The notes under the pieces are model-generated. The model did not search any database and was not told the DNA's origin. It saw only the letters and a list, made by a program, of their open reading frames with translations. Made by a program: the position numbers and the translations under genes. This document shows, in pieces, positions 47,983-56,626 of a DNA stretch of 64,000 bases. The stretch is from Patescibacteria group bacterium (lineage in GTDB: Bacteria > Patescibacteriota > Patescibacteriia > Patescibacteriales > UBA12075): positions 5,739 through 69,738 of the forward strand of contig JAYENK010000029.1 in assembly GCA_034722035.1 (NCBI GenBank), given 5' to 3'. Position 1 is the first letter of the stretch, and the number at the start of each line of letters is the position of its first letter.

Positions 47983-49164
47983 TTATCCCACAAACCGACA
48001 TTTGTCACTACTTCGCCCAACTTCAATGACGATTGATTTGATCATTTTTTTGGTAATATCGCGTCCGCCCAGGCCGACAATGAAACCTTGAATTTTGGTT
48101 TTGGTTTTGTTTTTGGCAGCTGCTTTAACATCCAAGGTAAGGGGGCCATCGCTTGCTCCCAAAGAAATCGCTTTCTCTACAACCGCTACTTGTTTAACGC
48201 CGGTGATTGATTTGAGCAGTTCATTGGCGGGGAACGGACGATAACATTTTATTTTGACAACACCAACGCCACCATAAACTTTATTTTTATTCATTTCGTC
48301 TACCGCGTCTTTAATTGTTCCAATCAAAGAGCCCATTGCAATCAAAACTGTCTTGGGTCGGATAGCGCCGTAGTATTCCAAAAGACCATTATTGATATGG
48401 GCGTTTTTTTCAGTTTTTTTAATTACACCCGGTACTTTCTTTTTTAGATTTTCATATTCATCAAAAATACTTTTGGCCGAATTTAACATTGCATTATGCA
48501 GTTCTTCGCGTATTTCCAGATAATAAGCCGGTGGAGCAAAAGTACCTAAACTATGTGGATTTTTTGTATCCAGATATCCGCCGGATGTCGGTTTATAATT
48601 AGGGAGAAATTTTTTAACGTCCGCTCGATTAGGGATTGATACATTTTCATAAGTATGAGTTAAAACAAAGCCATCAATGCAAACCATGGCTGGTAATTTG
48701 TCTTTTTCCGCTACTTTGTAGGCTAGTAAATGCTGCTCCAGTGCTTCTTGGTGGTTCTCGGCATAAAATTGAATCCAGCCGGCGTCGCGCACTGTCATTG
48801 AGTCTTGATGGTCATTCCAGATTGTGATTGGGGCAGATATACCACGATTAGCCAGTGTTATTACAACCGGTAAGCGCATACCGGCAATATTAAAAATAAC
48901 TTCAGTCATCAGAAGCAATCCCTGTGAGCTGGTGGCAGTATAGGTACGGACGCCAGTCGCGCTTGCACCGGTGACAATTGAAGCGGCTGCAAATTCACTC
49001 TCGGCGCGAACATATTCATAAGTAGCTTTGCCATCAGCCTTGAGTTTAGCTAAATCTTCAACAATATGCGTTTGTGGCGTAATCGGATAAGCGGAAACAA
49101 CCGCCGGTTTAATATTATTGATAGTTTGAGCAATCGCTTGAGAGCCTTCTAATATTTGTTTCAT
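47983..49164 (-). CDS. porA: Pyruvate/2-oxoacid:ferredoxin oxidoreductase alpha subunit
   Basis: MKQILEGSQAIAQ...AYPITPQT... Confidence 0.9.
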   Translation of the reverse strand: MKQILEGSQAIAQTINNIKPAVVSAYPITPQTHIVEDLAKLKADGKATYEYVRAESEFAAASIVTGASATGVRTYTATSSQGLLLMTEVIFNIAGMRLPVVITLANRGISAPITIWNDHQDSMTVRDAGWIQFYAENHQEALEQHLLAYKVAEKDKLPAMVCIDGFVLTHTYENVSIPNRADVKKFLPNYKPTSGGYLDTKNPHSLGTFAPPAYYLEIREELHNAMLNSAKSIFDEYENLKKKVPGVIKKTEKNAHINNGLLEYYGAIRPKTVLIAMGSLIGTIKDAVDEMNKNKVYGGVGVVKIKCYRPFPANELLKSITGVKQVAVVEKAISLGASDGPLTLDVKAAAKNKTKTKIQGFIVGLGGRDITKKMIKSIVIEVGRSSDKCRFVG

Positions 49165-49171
49165 AGATTTT

Positions 49172-49444
49172 TTATTTAGTTTCTAATTTCATCTTAATAC
49201 ACTTAACCGGGCATTTGGCGGCGCAGAGGCCACAACCTTTACAATAATCATAATCGGTTTTGGGTTGGTTTTTTTTGCCTTTTTTTATCATGGCAATGCA
49301 AGTCTCGGGGCAAACTTTGGCGCAAGCGCCGCAACCGATACATTTGTCATAATCGGTGCGGGGGATAAAGGTGCGCCAGCCCCCGGTTTTATTATTAGTT
49401 GTTGAACCTGGTTTTACTGCTAAATCCATAGTATTATAATGCAA
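49172..49444 (-). CDS. porD: POR delta subunit (2x[4Fe-4S] ferredoxin)
   Basis: CIGCGACAKVCP and CKGCGLCAAKCP. Confidence 0.85.
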   Translation of the reverse strand: MHYNTMDLAVKPGSTTNNKTGGWRTFIPRTDYDKCIGCGACAKVCPETCIAMIKKGKKNQPKTDYDYCKGCGLCAAKCPVKCIKMKLETK

Positions 49445-49500
49445 ATTTACGAATGATATGCGAATCTACAAATTCGAATTATGCGAAAAATCATTGCGTA
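49445..49500. promoter_or_regulatory. Repeated CGAAT-motif cluster containing the 17-mer AATTCGAATTATGCGAA (porG-porD intergenic)
   Basis: tacgaatgatatgcgaatctacaaattcgaattatgcgaaaaatcattgcgta. The 17-mer is identical to 50968..50984. Confidence 0.35.
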
Positions 49501-49520
49501 GAAATGTGATTTTTAATTTT

Positions 49521-50066
49521 TTAATTCATGTTGTATGCTCTAGTTATTGCGTTTATGTTTTTTTCGACTAAGCTCTGACTTTTGGTGCCAAATTTTTGTT
49601 TGATTGCTTTTTCAAGAGATTTTAGAGTGATTAAGCCGGTGGCTTTGGCGAAAGCACCGAGGATTACGGTGTTGACAATGTTTCGGCCAATTTCTTCCAT
49701 CGCAATTTCGGTTGCATTTAAGACAAACAAATTTTCTTTTGGAATAGGTAGATCAATTTCTTCCTTTTTTTTGGTTGAATTGAGGATTAATAAAGTCTCT
49801 TTGTCGGATCCTTTGGTGGCGTCAACTGTGCCGATCAAGGAAGAGTCTTGAATAATTAAAATATCCGGCTCGTAGATGTGTTCACGCGTGCGGATAGGTG
49901 AGTCGTCGATCCTGGCAAAAGCTTCAATCGGCGCGCCGGTACGCTCCACGCCAAAAGAAGGAAAGGCTTGTGAATAATGCCCCTCATTGAAAGCGGCAAT
50001 TGCAGTAAGTTCGGCGGCAGTGACAACGCCCTGTCCGCCCCGACCGTGAAATCTAATTTGATGCAT
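49521..50066 (-). CDS. porG: POR gamma subunit
   Basis: MHQIRFHGRGGQGVVTAAELTAIAAF. Confidence 0.85.
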   Translation of the reverse strand: MHQIRFHGRGGQGVVTAAELTAIAAFNEGHYSQAFPSFGVERTGAPIEAFARIDDSPIRTREHIYEPDILIIQDSSLIGTVDATKGSDKETLLILNSTKKKEEIDLPIPKENLFVLNATEIAMEEIGRNIVNTVILGAFAKATGLITLKSLEKAIKQKFGTKSQSLVEKNINAITRAYNMN

Positions 50067-50750
50067 TTATTTGTTGTTATTTTTATTATTTTGAATTAGT
50101 AATCCATTAATTATTTCGGAAAATATGTTAGGTGGAATATTCCCGGCGATTTTGATGTCATTGATATACCAAGTGGGAGTGCCAGTTATACCCAGGTTTT
50201 GCCCGGCTTTAAGATCAGCCGTAACTGAACCTAGATATTTTTTTCCTTCCAAGCAGTTATTAAATTTTTTTCCATCAAGACCAATTTGGCGCGCCAATTC
50301 ATTTAATTCATTGGCAGTGCTAATGCCTTGGTTGAGAAAAAGGGAATCATGCATCGCCCAAAATTTGTCTTGCTCGCCAGCGCATTCGGCCGAAAGCGCC
50401 AAAAGAGTAGAGTACTCGGTTATTATAGGATAATGGCGATAAATTATTCTTATTTTATCTTGATATTTTAGGCTAATCTCTCTTATTGTTGAAAAAGCGT
50501 TTTTACAATAAGGGCAGGTAAAATCACTAAATTCAACAATAGTAATAAGCGGGGAAGAGCTTCCAATCGAATGGCTAAGCGGGTTATTATTGATTAGTTT
50601 CAATTTTTCCGTACTAACAGTATATTTAGAAGAGCTCGTGCTATCAATTGGGTTTTTGTATATTTTGAAACTTTTTACTCCAATAATTACTATAACAATA
50701 ATAAATAATAATAGAGTCAATAAAAATATAATGAAAAAAAATTTTTTCAT
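50067..50750 (-). CDS. DsbA-like thioredoxin-fold thiol:disulfide oxidoreductase, N-terminal membrane anchor
   Basis: CPYC active site in FSDFTCPYCKNAF. Its stop abuts the porG start. Confidence 0.75.
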   Translation of the reverse strand: MKKFFFIIFLLTLLLFIIVIVIIGVKSFKIYKNPIDSTSSSKYTVSTEKLKLINNNPLSHSIGSSSPLITIVEFSDFTCPYCKNAFSTIREISLKYQDKIRIIYRHYPIITEYSTLLALSAECAGEQDKFWAMHDSLFLNQGISTANELNELARQIGLDGKKFNNCLEGKKYLGSVTADLKAGQNLGITGTPTWYINDIKIAGNIPPNIFSEIINGLLIQNNKNNNK

Positions 50751-50940
50751 CTTTGATTTGTTTTATATTAAATAATCTTTTATAATATTAATTATAACAT
50801 ATTTTAAGTATTATATCCAAAAATGATAAACAATAATAAAAAAGAAGAAGAAATAAGAAAAAAGTACGAAAAACGGGACAAGAAGAAGGCAAAAAAGATG
50901 AAGGTTAGTGGAAAAAGTGTATTTAAAGTGCAAAAAATTA

Positions 50941-50990
50941 GAAATAAATGATAATGCGAATTTATGCAAATATAGCGAATTCGAATTATG
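50941..50990. promoter_or_regulatory. Second CGAAT-motif cluster with the identical 17-mer, in the divergent promoter region between dsbA-por and leuS
   Basis: atgcgaatttatgcaaatatagcgaattcgaattatgcgaatatttt. Confidence 0.35.
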
Positions 50991-51192
50991 CGAATATTTT
51001 ATGAAAAAAAATATTTTAATTATATTTTTATTTTTTTAGTAGCTTCGCCTGTTTTTGCTGAAGAGAGAATTAAAGATTACACGATTGATATTAATTTTAA
51101 TTATAATAGGTATATTTTTTAAAACAAAAAAATGCGTATTGATTATTTTTGCGTTTCTGCTAAGATAAGGAAAGATATAAAAAATAAAAACA

Positions 51193-53598
51193 ATGGAAAA
51201 ATATAATTATAATAAAACAGAAAAAAAGTGGAGTCAAAAATGGGTAGAAGACAAGACTTTTACACCTGACTTAAAAAACGCGAAAGATCCTTACTACGCG
51301 CTTTTTATGTTTCCTTATCCGAGCGCTGAAGGGCTGCATATTGGGAATTTTTATGCTTTTGTTTGTACAGACGTAATGGCAAAATACAAAAAACTACAAG
51401 GTAAGGACGTGTTTGAGCCTTTTGGCTTTGATGCTTTTGGCATGCACTTGGAAAATTATGCCCTAAAAATAGGGGAGAGGCCACAAGCAGTAGAGGCGCG
51501 TACTACCAAAAATTTTCGTAAGCAAGCACAGTCGGCCGGACTTTCTTGTGATTATACTCGTGAAGTTGACACAACCAAGCCGGAGTATTACAAATGGACC
51601 CAGTGGCTTTTTACTAAACTTTTTGAAAAAGATTTGGCTTATCAGAAAGAAGCTTTGCTCAATTGGTGTCCATCTTGCCAGACGGTTTTGGCGGACGAAC
51701 AGATAGAAGACGGGATTTGTGAAAGGTGCAATGCTCAGCCGGAGAAAAAAACAATGAAACAATGGTTTTTTCGTATTACGGCTTACGCGGATAAAATGCT
51801 TGAAGGACTTGAGGACATGGATTGGTCGGAAATTACAAAAGCAGCGCAGAAGAATTGGATTGGTAAAAGTGAAGGAGCGGAAGTTGAATTTAGAATCAAG
51901 AATTTAGAATCAAGAATTAAAGTGTTCACTACTCGTCCGGATACTTTGTTTGGCGTGACTTATATGGTGTTGGCGACGGAGCATTCTTTAATTAAAAATT
52001 TAAAATTAAGAATTAAAAATTATCAAGAAGTTCAAGCATATATTAAAAAAACTGAAGCTAAGTCAGAGTTAGAACGAACAGAAAACAAAGAGAAGACCGG
52101 AGTAAAATTAGAGGGGGTGTATGCGGTTAATCCGGTAAACAATGAAAAAATATCGATTTGGATTGCGGATTATGTAATGATGGGTTATGGGACGGGCGCG
52201 ATTATGGCAGTGCCGGCGCATGATGAGCGTGATTATGAGTTTGCGAAAAAGTTTGATTTGCCCATTGTCGAAGTGTTGAGTGGGGGAAATATTGAAAAAG
52301 AGGCATATATTGGGGACGGCAATCATATTAACTCCGGTTTTTTGAATGGTTTAAATAAAGAGAACGCAATTAAAAAAATTACTGATTGGCTTGAAGAAAA
52401 AAAATTTGGTAAAAAAGAAGTAAATTATCGTTTGCGTGATTGGTGTATTTCTCGGCAACGCTATTGGGGACCGCCGGTACCGGTTGTGTATTGTGAGAAA
52501 TGTGGAATTTTATCAGTGCCAGAAAAGGATTTGCCGGTAATGTTGCCCGAAACTCAAGAATGGGAGCCATCCGGCGATGGACGAGGACCGCTTGCCAAGG
52601 TGGACGAATTTATGAATACAAAATGTCCTAAATGCGGTGAGCCAGCTGTACGCGAAGCTGACGTAATGGACAATTTTCTTGATTCGGCTTGGTATTTTTT
52701 TCGTTATATTTCGCCAAGTAATTCTGAGGCGATATTTGATGCTAAGCTAGGTAAGAAGTGGCTGCCGGTTGATTTGTATGTTGGCGGCAATGAACATGCA
52801 GTTCTTCATTTGATGTATACCCGTTTTATTACAATGTTTTTGCACGATTTGGATTTGATTGATTTTAATAATCCTTTTAAAAAGTTTCGGGCGAATGGTA
52901 TGATTTTAAAAGACGGCAAGAAAATGAGCAAGTCTAAGGGAAACGTGATTAGTCCGGAGGAGTATGGTAAAAAAGTCGGTTATGACGCGCTTAAAACTTA
53001 TTTACTCTTTCTTGGCCCTTTGAGTGAAGACAGGTCTTTTACCGATACCGGCGTTCAAGGCACAAAAAGATGGGTGGAGAAAGTTTATAAATTAAAGGAA
53101 AAAGTATTGGATAAATATGATGACAGCGAAGAAGCGGCCAGAAAGTTGCACCAGACAATTAAAGTGGTTGGGGAAAATTTTGAAGAGCAAAAATATAACA
53201 CAGCCGTGGCCAGGTTAATGGAGCTTACCAATGTATTTGTTCAAGCTAAAAATATATCAAAAGAAAACTGGAAAAAATATTTAGCGATTATAGCTCCCTT
53301 TACTCCGGCTTTGGCCGAGGAGCTTTGGCGCGAATTTGGAAATAAGACTTCAATTTTTAGCGGTAGGAATTGGCCGGATTATGATAAAAAATCAATCAAA
53401 GAAGAAACAGTTGGAATAGTCGTGCAAATTAATGGCAAAGTGCGGGATAAGCTGAAATTAAATGCAGATATTAGCGAGGCGGACGCAATAAAAAAAGCCA
53501 AAGAATCAGAAAAAGTGAAAAAATGGCTTTTTGATAAAGAGATTATAAAAGAAATTTATGTAAAAGGGAAGTTGGTTAGTTTGGCGGTTAAAGATTAG
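51193..53598 (+). CDS. leuS: Leucyl-tRNA synthetase
   Basis: 801 aa; HIGN (HIGH) and KMSKS present; carries an in-frame tandem 14-bp repeat and a copy of the AT-rich element in the editing-domain region. Confidence 0.95.
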   Translation: MEKYNYNKTEKKWSQKWVEDKTFTPDLKNAKDPYYALFMFPYPSAEGLHIGNFYAFVCTDVMAKYKKLQGKDVFEPFGFDAFGMHLENYALKIGERPQAVEARTTKNFRKQAQSAGLSCDYTREVDTTKPEYYKWTQWLFTKLFEKDLAYQKEALLNWCPSCQTVLADEQIEDGICERCNAQPEKKTMKQWFFRITAYADKMLEGLEDMDWSEITKAAQKNWIGKSEGAEVEFRIKNLESRIKVFTTRPDTLFGVTYMVLATEHSLIKNLKLRIKNYQEVQAYIKKTEAKSELERTENKEKTGVKLEGVYAVNPVNNEKISIWIADYVMMGYGTGAIMAVPAHDERDYEFAKKFDLPIVEVLSGGNIEKEAYIGDGNHINSGFLNGLNKENAIKKITDWLEEKKFGKKEVNYRLRDWCISRQRYWGPPVPVVYCEKCGILSVPEKDLPVMLPETQEWEPSGDGRGPLAKVDEFMNTKCPKCGEPAVREADVMDNFLDSAWYFFRYISPSNSEAIFDAKLGKKWLPVDLYVGGNEHAVLHLMYTRFITMFLHDLDLIDFNNPFKKFRANGMILKDGKKMSKSKGNVISPEEYGKKVGYDALKTYLLFLGPLSEDRSFTDTGVQGTKRWVEKVYKLKEKVLDKYDDSEEAARKLHQTIKVVGENFEEQKYNTAVARLMELTNVFVQAKNISKENWKKYLAIIAPFTPALAEELWREFGNKTSIFSGRNWPDYDKKSIKEETVGIVVQINGKVRDKLKLNADISEADAIKKAKESEKVKKWLFDKEIIKEIYVKGKLVSLAVKD

Positions 53599-54565
53599 TT
53601 AAATACCATTCTCCGTTTAATTCTTTTTCAATATAAAATTCAACCGGCACCGAGTAGCCACCCATTGAAAAATAGACATTATTTTTATAAGTAAGTTTGT
53701 CGTCAATTTCTGTTGCTAGAGTGGATCCGGAAAGGATATTACCGAGAACAAGCCTGCTATCGTCATTGAAAGACTCAAAAATATTTCTAATAGCTATTTC
53801 CATGTCTGGTCTGAAATATTTTATTGCTTCGTCCGGGTCATTATTTCTGATGGTGCTGGCTGCATTTTTTATAACATTATATTTTCCCGTAGAAAGAACG
53901 GGAGTATCCGATACGTCCGGTTTGGGGAAAATGTTAGGTTCATTTGGGATAATATGAGTTGAAATCTTATTAATATTAATATTATTTATGCCCAGGCCAA
54001 ATTTACGCATAATTTTGAAAGCAACCGAGGGGCGGGACAAGTAGTATCGTTTTAAATTATCCGGACTCACATACCAGGCCTCACCATTTTGCTCAATTTG
54101 CAGGAATATTTTTCCTGTATTTTTTTTGACAAAGTTTTCATCAATTAATATTTTGTCCGCACCAATTGGATTATAATTATTAATTATTTCATCATAATCA
54201 CTGTGTCCATCATTATCACTGTCCGGATTATCTTTGTCTGTAAGCAGTGTCTCTTCCAGCCGGTTTCCAAGTCCGTCATTGTCATTATCTTTATCGATGT
54301 CTGCTATAACGCCAATAGGGATTTTACTTAGATTATCATTGGTGATGCCGATGCCAAGTTTACGCATAGTACTAAAAGCGTCACTAGGCTTGTTTAGATA
54401 ATATTTTTTATAATTTTCCGGGTTAACGTACCAAGCTTCACCGTTATTTTCGATTTGAAGCAAAATTTTTCCCGCTAGTTTTTGTCCTAGATTGATATCT
54501 GCTTTGACTGGCAAGATAATTAAAAATAGAGCTAAAGCTAAGAATAATCCTTTTTTTATATGCAT
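53588..54565 (-). CDS. Secreted protein with a duplicated approximately 45-aa module and two EF-hand/dockerin-like calcium-binding loops
   Basis: Signal peptide. Repeats AGKILLQIENNGEAWYVNPENYKKYYLNKPSDAFSTMRKLGIGIT and TGKIFLQIEQNGEAWYVSPDNLKRYYLSRPSVAFKIMRKFGLGIN. Loops DNDNDGLGNRLE and DSDNDGHSDYDE. Confidence 0.55.
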   Translation of the reverse strand: MHIKKGLFLALALFLIILPVKADINLGQKLAGKILLQIENNGEAWYVNPENYKKYYLNKPSDAFSTMRKLGIGITNDNLSKIPIGVIADIDKDNDNDGLGNRLEETLLTDKDNPDSDNDGHSDYDEIINNYNPIGADKILIDENFVKKNTGKIFLQIEQNGEAWYVSPDNLKRYYLSRPSVAFKIMRKFGLGINNININKISTHIIPNEPNIFPKPDVSDTPVLSTGKYNVIKNAASTIRNNDPDEAIKYFRPDMEIAIRNIFESFNDDSRLVLGNILSGSTLATEIDDKLTYKNNVYFSMGGYSVPVEFYIEKELNGEWYLTNL

Positions 54566-54605
54566 AAATTTGTTATAATGAATATACTTATATTATAGCA
54601 AAAAT

Positions 54606-55142
54606 ATGGTAATTAAGAAAAAATATAAATTATCGACAATAATTATTTTGTTGTTATTATTTTTCTTTTGGGGCGGGAGCGCAATTAATAAAAAATTGGA
54701 ATGGAAAATAGTTGAGGATTTAATTGCCGGCAGCGCATTCCCGGTTGAGATGGGAAATATTAATTCTACGGTGGCTCAATGTGTTCCGTCATGCTATGAT
54801 CCAATAGCTTCTTGTTGTGCTCCTCCATGTTCAGAAGTGGTGCCTTCTAGAGGCGATTATGAAGCAACTTGCCCCCTGTATTCGTTTGTAAGCGGACAGT
54901 CAACCGGCGGGACAGGAGGAAATACGGCGATATTTTCCAATATTGCGATGGGACAAGCCGGCCTAACATCGGGTGGACAGTTTATTTACGGTGGAACTAC
55001 TAATAATATGTCTTTGGGCGAGCAAAACGCAGTCTTAGCTTCAGTGGATGGTTGCTATAATTGTTACGCAAAAAATAAAAGTAATTGGAAGCAAAAATTT
55101 GCCGTGGTTGCCGACATGTTTATGGCGATGTTCAAGGATTAA
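54606..55142 (+). CDS. Membrane-anchored Cys-rich secreted hypothetical protein
   Basis: N-terminal TM, 9 Cys, G/T-rich stretch. Confidence 0.45.
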   Translation: MVIKKKYKLSTIIILLLLFFFWGGSAINKKLEWKIVEDLIAGSAFPVEMGNINSTVAQCVPSCYDPIASCCAPPCSEVVPSRGDYEATCPLYSFVSGQSTGGTGGNTAIFSNIAMGQAGLTSGGQFIYGGTTNNMSLGEQNAVLASVDGCYNCYAKNKSNWKQKFAVVADMFMAMFKD

Positions 55143-55190
55143 AGCTTGATTGATTTTTTAGTTTATTTTGCTATAATTAAATAAAATAAT

Positions 55191-55463
55191 ATGATAAAAA
55201 ATACAAGAAAAATTAAAAAACAAGAATTTTCTGTTTTGATTGAAAAAGATGAAAGCGGTTTTTATTTTGCTAAAGTGCCAACAATTAAAGGCTGTCATAC
55301 TCAAGCTAAATCATTGTCAGAATTGTATAAACGCTTAGATGAAGCAGTATTACTTTGTTTGGAAGTGCAAGAAAAAGATAAAGAATATTTAATTAGCAAG
55401 AATGAGTTTGTTGGTTTTCAAAAAATAGAAGTGAAAATACCTCCAAAATTAAAATATGCCTAA
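55191..55463 (+). CDS. hicB: HicB-family antitoxin
   Basis: FSVLIEKDESGFYFAKVPTIKGCHTQAKSLSELYKRLDEAVLLCLE. Confidence 0.7.
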   Translation: MIKNTRKIKKQEFSVLIEKDESGFYFAKVPTIKGCHTQAKSLSELYKRLDEAVLLCLEVQEKDKEYLISKNEFVGFQKIEVKIPPKLKYA

Positions 55464-55692
55464 ACTAACACTGATAAGCGGGGAAAAAATGCTTAAATTA
55501 CTTGCTTTGTGCGATTTTGAGATTGTTAGAATTAAAGGAAGTCATCATTTTTTAAAAAATAAAACCAAAAGAAGTATGACGGTAGTGCCAGTTCATGGAA
55601 ATGAAGAATTAGGTGTTGGTTTGTTAATTAGCATATTGTCAGATGTGGATTTGTCCAGAAAAGAATATGAAAAATTACGGCGAAAAATTTAA
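55456..55692 (+). CDS. hicA: HicA-family toxin (mRNA interferase)
   Basis: KLLALCDFEIVRIKGSHHFLKNKTKRSMTVVPVHGNEELGVGLLISIL. Has an 8-bp overlap with hicB. Confidence 0.75.
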   Translation: MPKLTLISGEKMLKLLALCDFEIVRIKGSHHFLKNKTKRSMTVVPVHGNEELGVGLLISILSDVDLSRKEYEKLRRKI

Positions 55693-55698
55693 TAAAAA

Positions 55699-55725
55699 AT
55701 CATCCTCATGTAGGATGATTTTTTA
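55699..55725 (+). terminator. Rho-independent terminator after hicA
   Basis: atcatcctc-atg-taggatgat + T6. Confidence 0.5.
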
Positions 55726-55801
55726 CGTGGACCCAAAAAGAGGCCACCGACTGGTACGGAGTTCCATGATTAACTAAATATATAATAACTGCCTATATTA
55801 A

Positions 55802-56626
55802 ATGTCAAGTTTGATCCAAAAAACAATTAATATTTCCAAAAAATATAATATCAGCCCAAAACGTAGCAAGGGGCAGAATTTTTTGATTAATGAAAGTGTT
55901 TATAATCAAATAGTTGAAGTGGCTGATTTGCAATACGAAGATATTGTTCTAGAAGTTGGGCCAGGGCTCGGATTTTTAACAGAAAAATTAGCAGAAAAAG
56001 TTAACAGAGTAGTTGCGGTAGAGCTGGATGATGGATTGACTGAGGTATTGCGGGCGAGATTAAAGGAGAAAGAGATTGGTAATGTTGAGGTAATTAATGA
56101 AGATGTACTTAAAATTTTCAATTTTCAATTTTCAATTTTCAATTTTAAAATTATCGCGAATTTGCCGTATAATATTACTTCGATTTTTCTTAGAAAAGTT
56201 TTGGAGTTGGAAAATAAGCCTAAAAGCTTAACTTTGATGTTGCAAAAAGAAGTTGCGAAGCGGATTACGGCAGAGCCGGGAAAGATGAGTAAATTGACGG
56301 TTTCGGTTCAGTTTTACGCGGACGCAGAGATTCTTTTTAATGTACCTAAGACAGATTTTTGGCCTGAGCCCAAGGTGGACAGTGCAGTAATTGAGTTAAA
56401 AATAAAAAGTAAAAAGTATAAAGTAGATGATAAGAGGTTTTTTCAACTGGTGCGGATTGGCTTTAGCGCAAGGCGGAAGAAACTTAAGAATAATTTGGCG
56501 AGCGGTTATCAGATAAAGGCGGAAGAAGCGGGAGAAAGACTAAAATTAGCTAATTTAAATCCAGATTGTCGCGCTCAAGATTTAGGCGTACAAGATTGGA
56601 TAAAATTACTTGGTTATTTTAGTTGA
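55802..56626 (+). CDS. rsmA: 16S rRNA (adenine1518/1519-N6)-dimethyltransferase
   Basis: KGQNFLINESV..., SAM motif VLEVGPGLGFLT, NLPYNITS. Contains an (AATTTTC)x4 microsatellite in-frame (FNFQFSIFNF). Confidence 0.9.
   Translation: MSSLIQKTINISKKYNISPKRSKGQNFLINESVYNQIVEVADLQYEDIVLEVGPGLGFLTEKLAEKVNRVVAVELDDGLTEVLRARLKEKEIGNVEVINEDVLKIFNFQFSIFNFKIIANLPYNITSIFLRKVLELENKPKSLTLMLQKEVAKRITAEPGKMSKLTVSVQFYADAEILFNVPKTDFWPEPKVDSAVIELKIKSKKYKVDDKRFFQLVRIGFSARRKKLKNNLASGYQIKAEEAGERLKLANLNPDCRAQDLGVQDWIKLLGYFS

Noticed and set aside
50826-50954. 42-aa Lys-rich micro-ORF (MINNNKKEEEIRKKYEKRDKK...) in the dsbA/leuS divergent region
   Set aside because: There is no ribosome-binding site, it lies in A-rich promoter DNA where such ORFs arise by chance, and there is no conservation evidence. 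It is noted only as a possibility.
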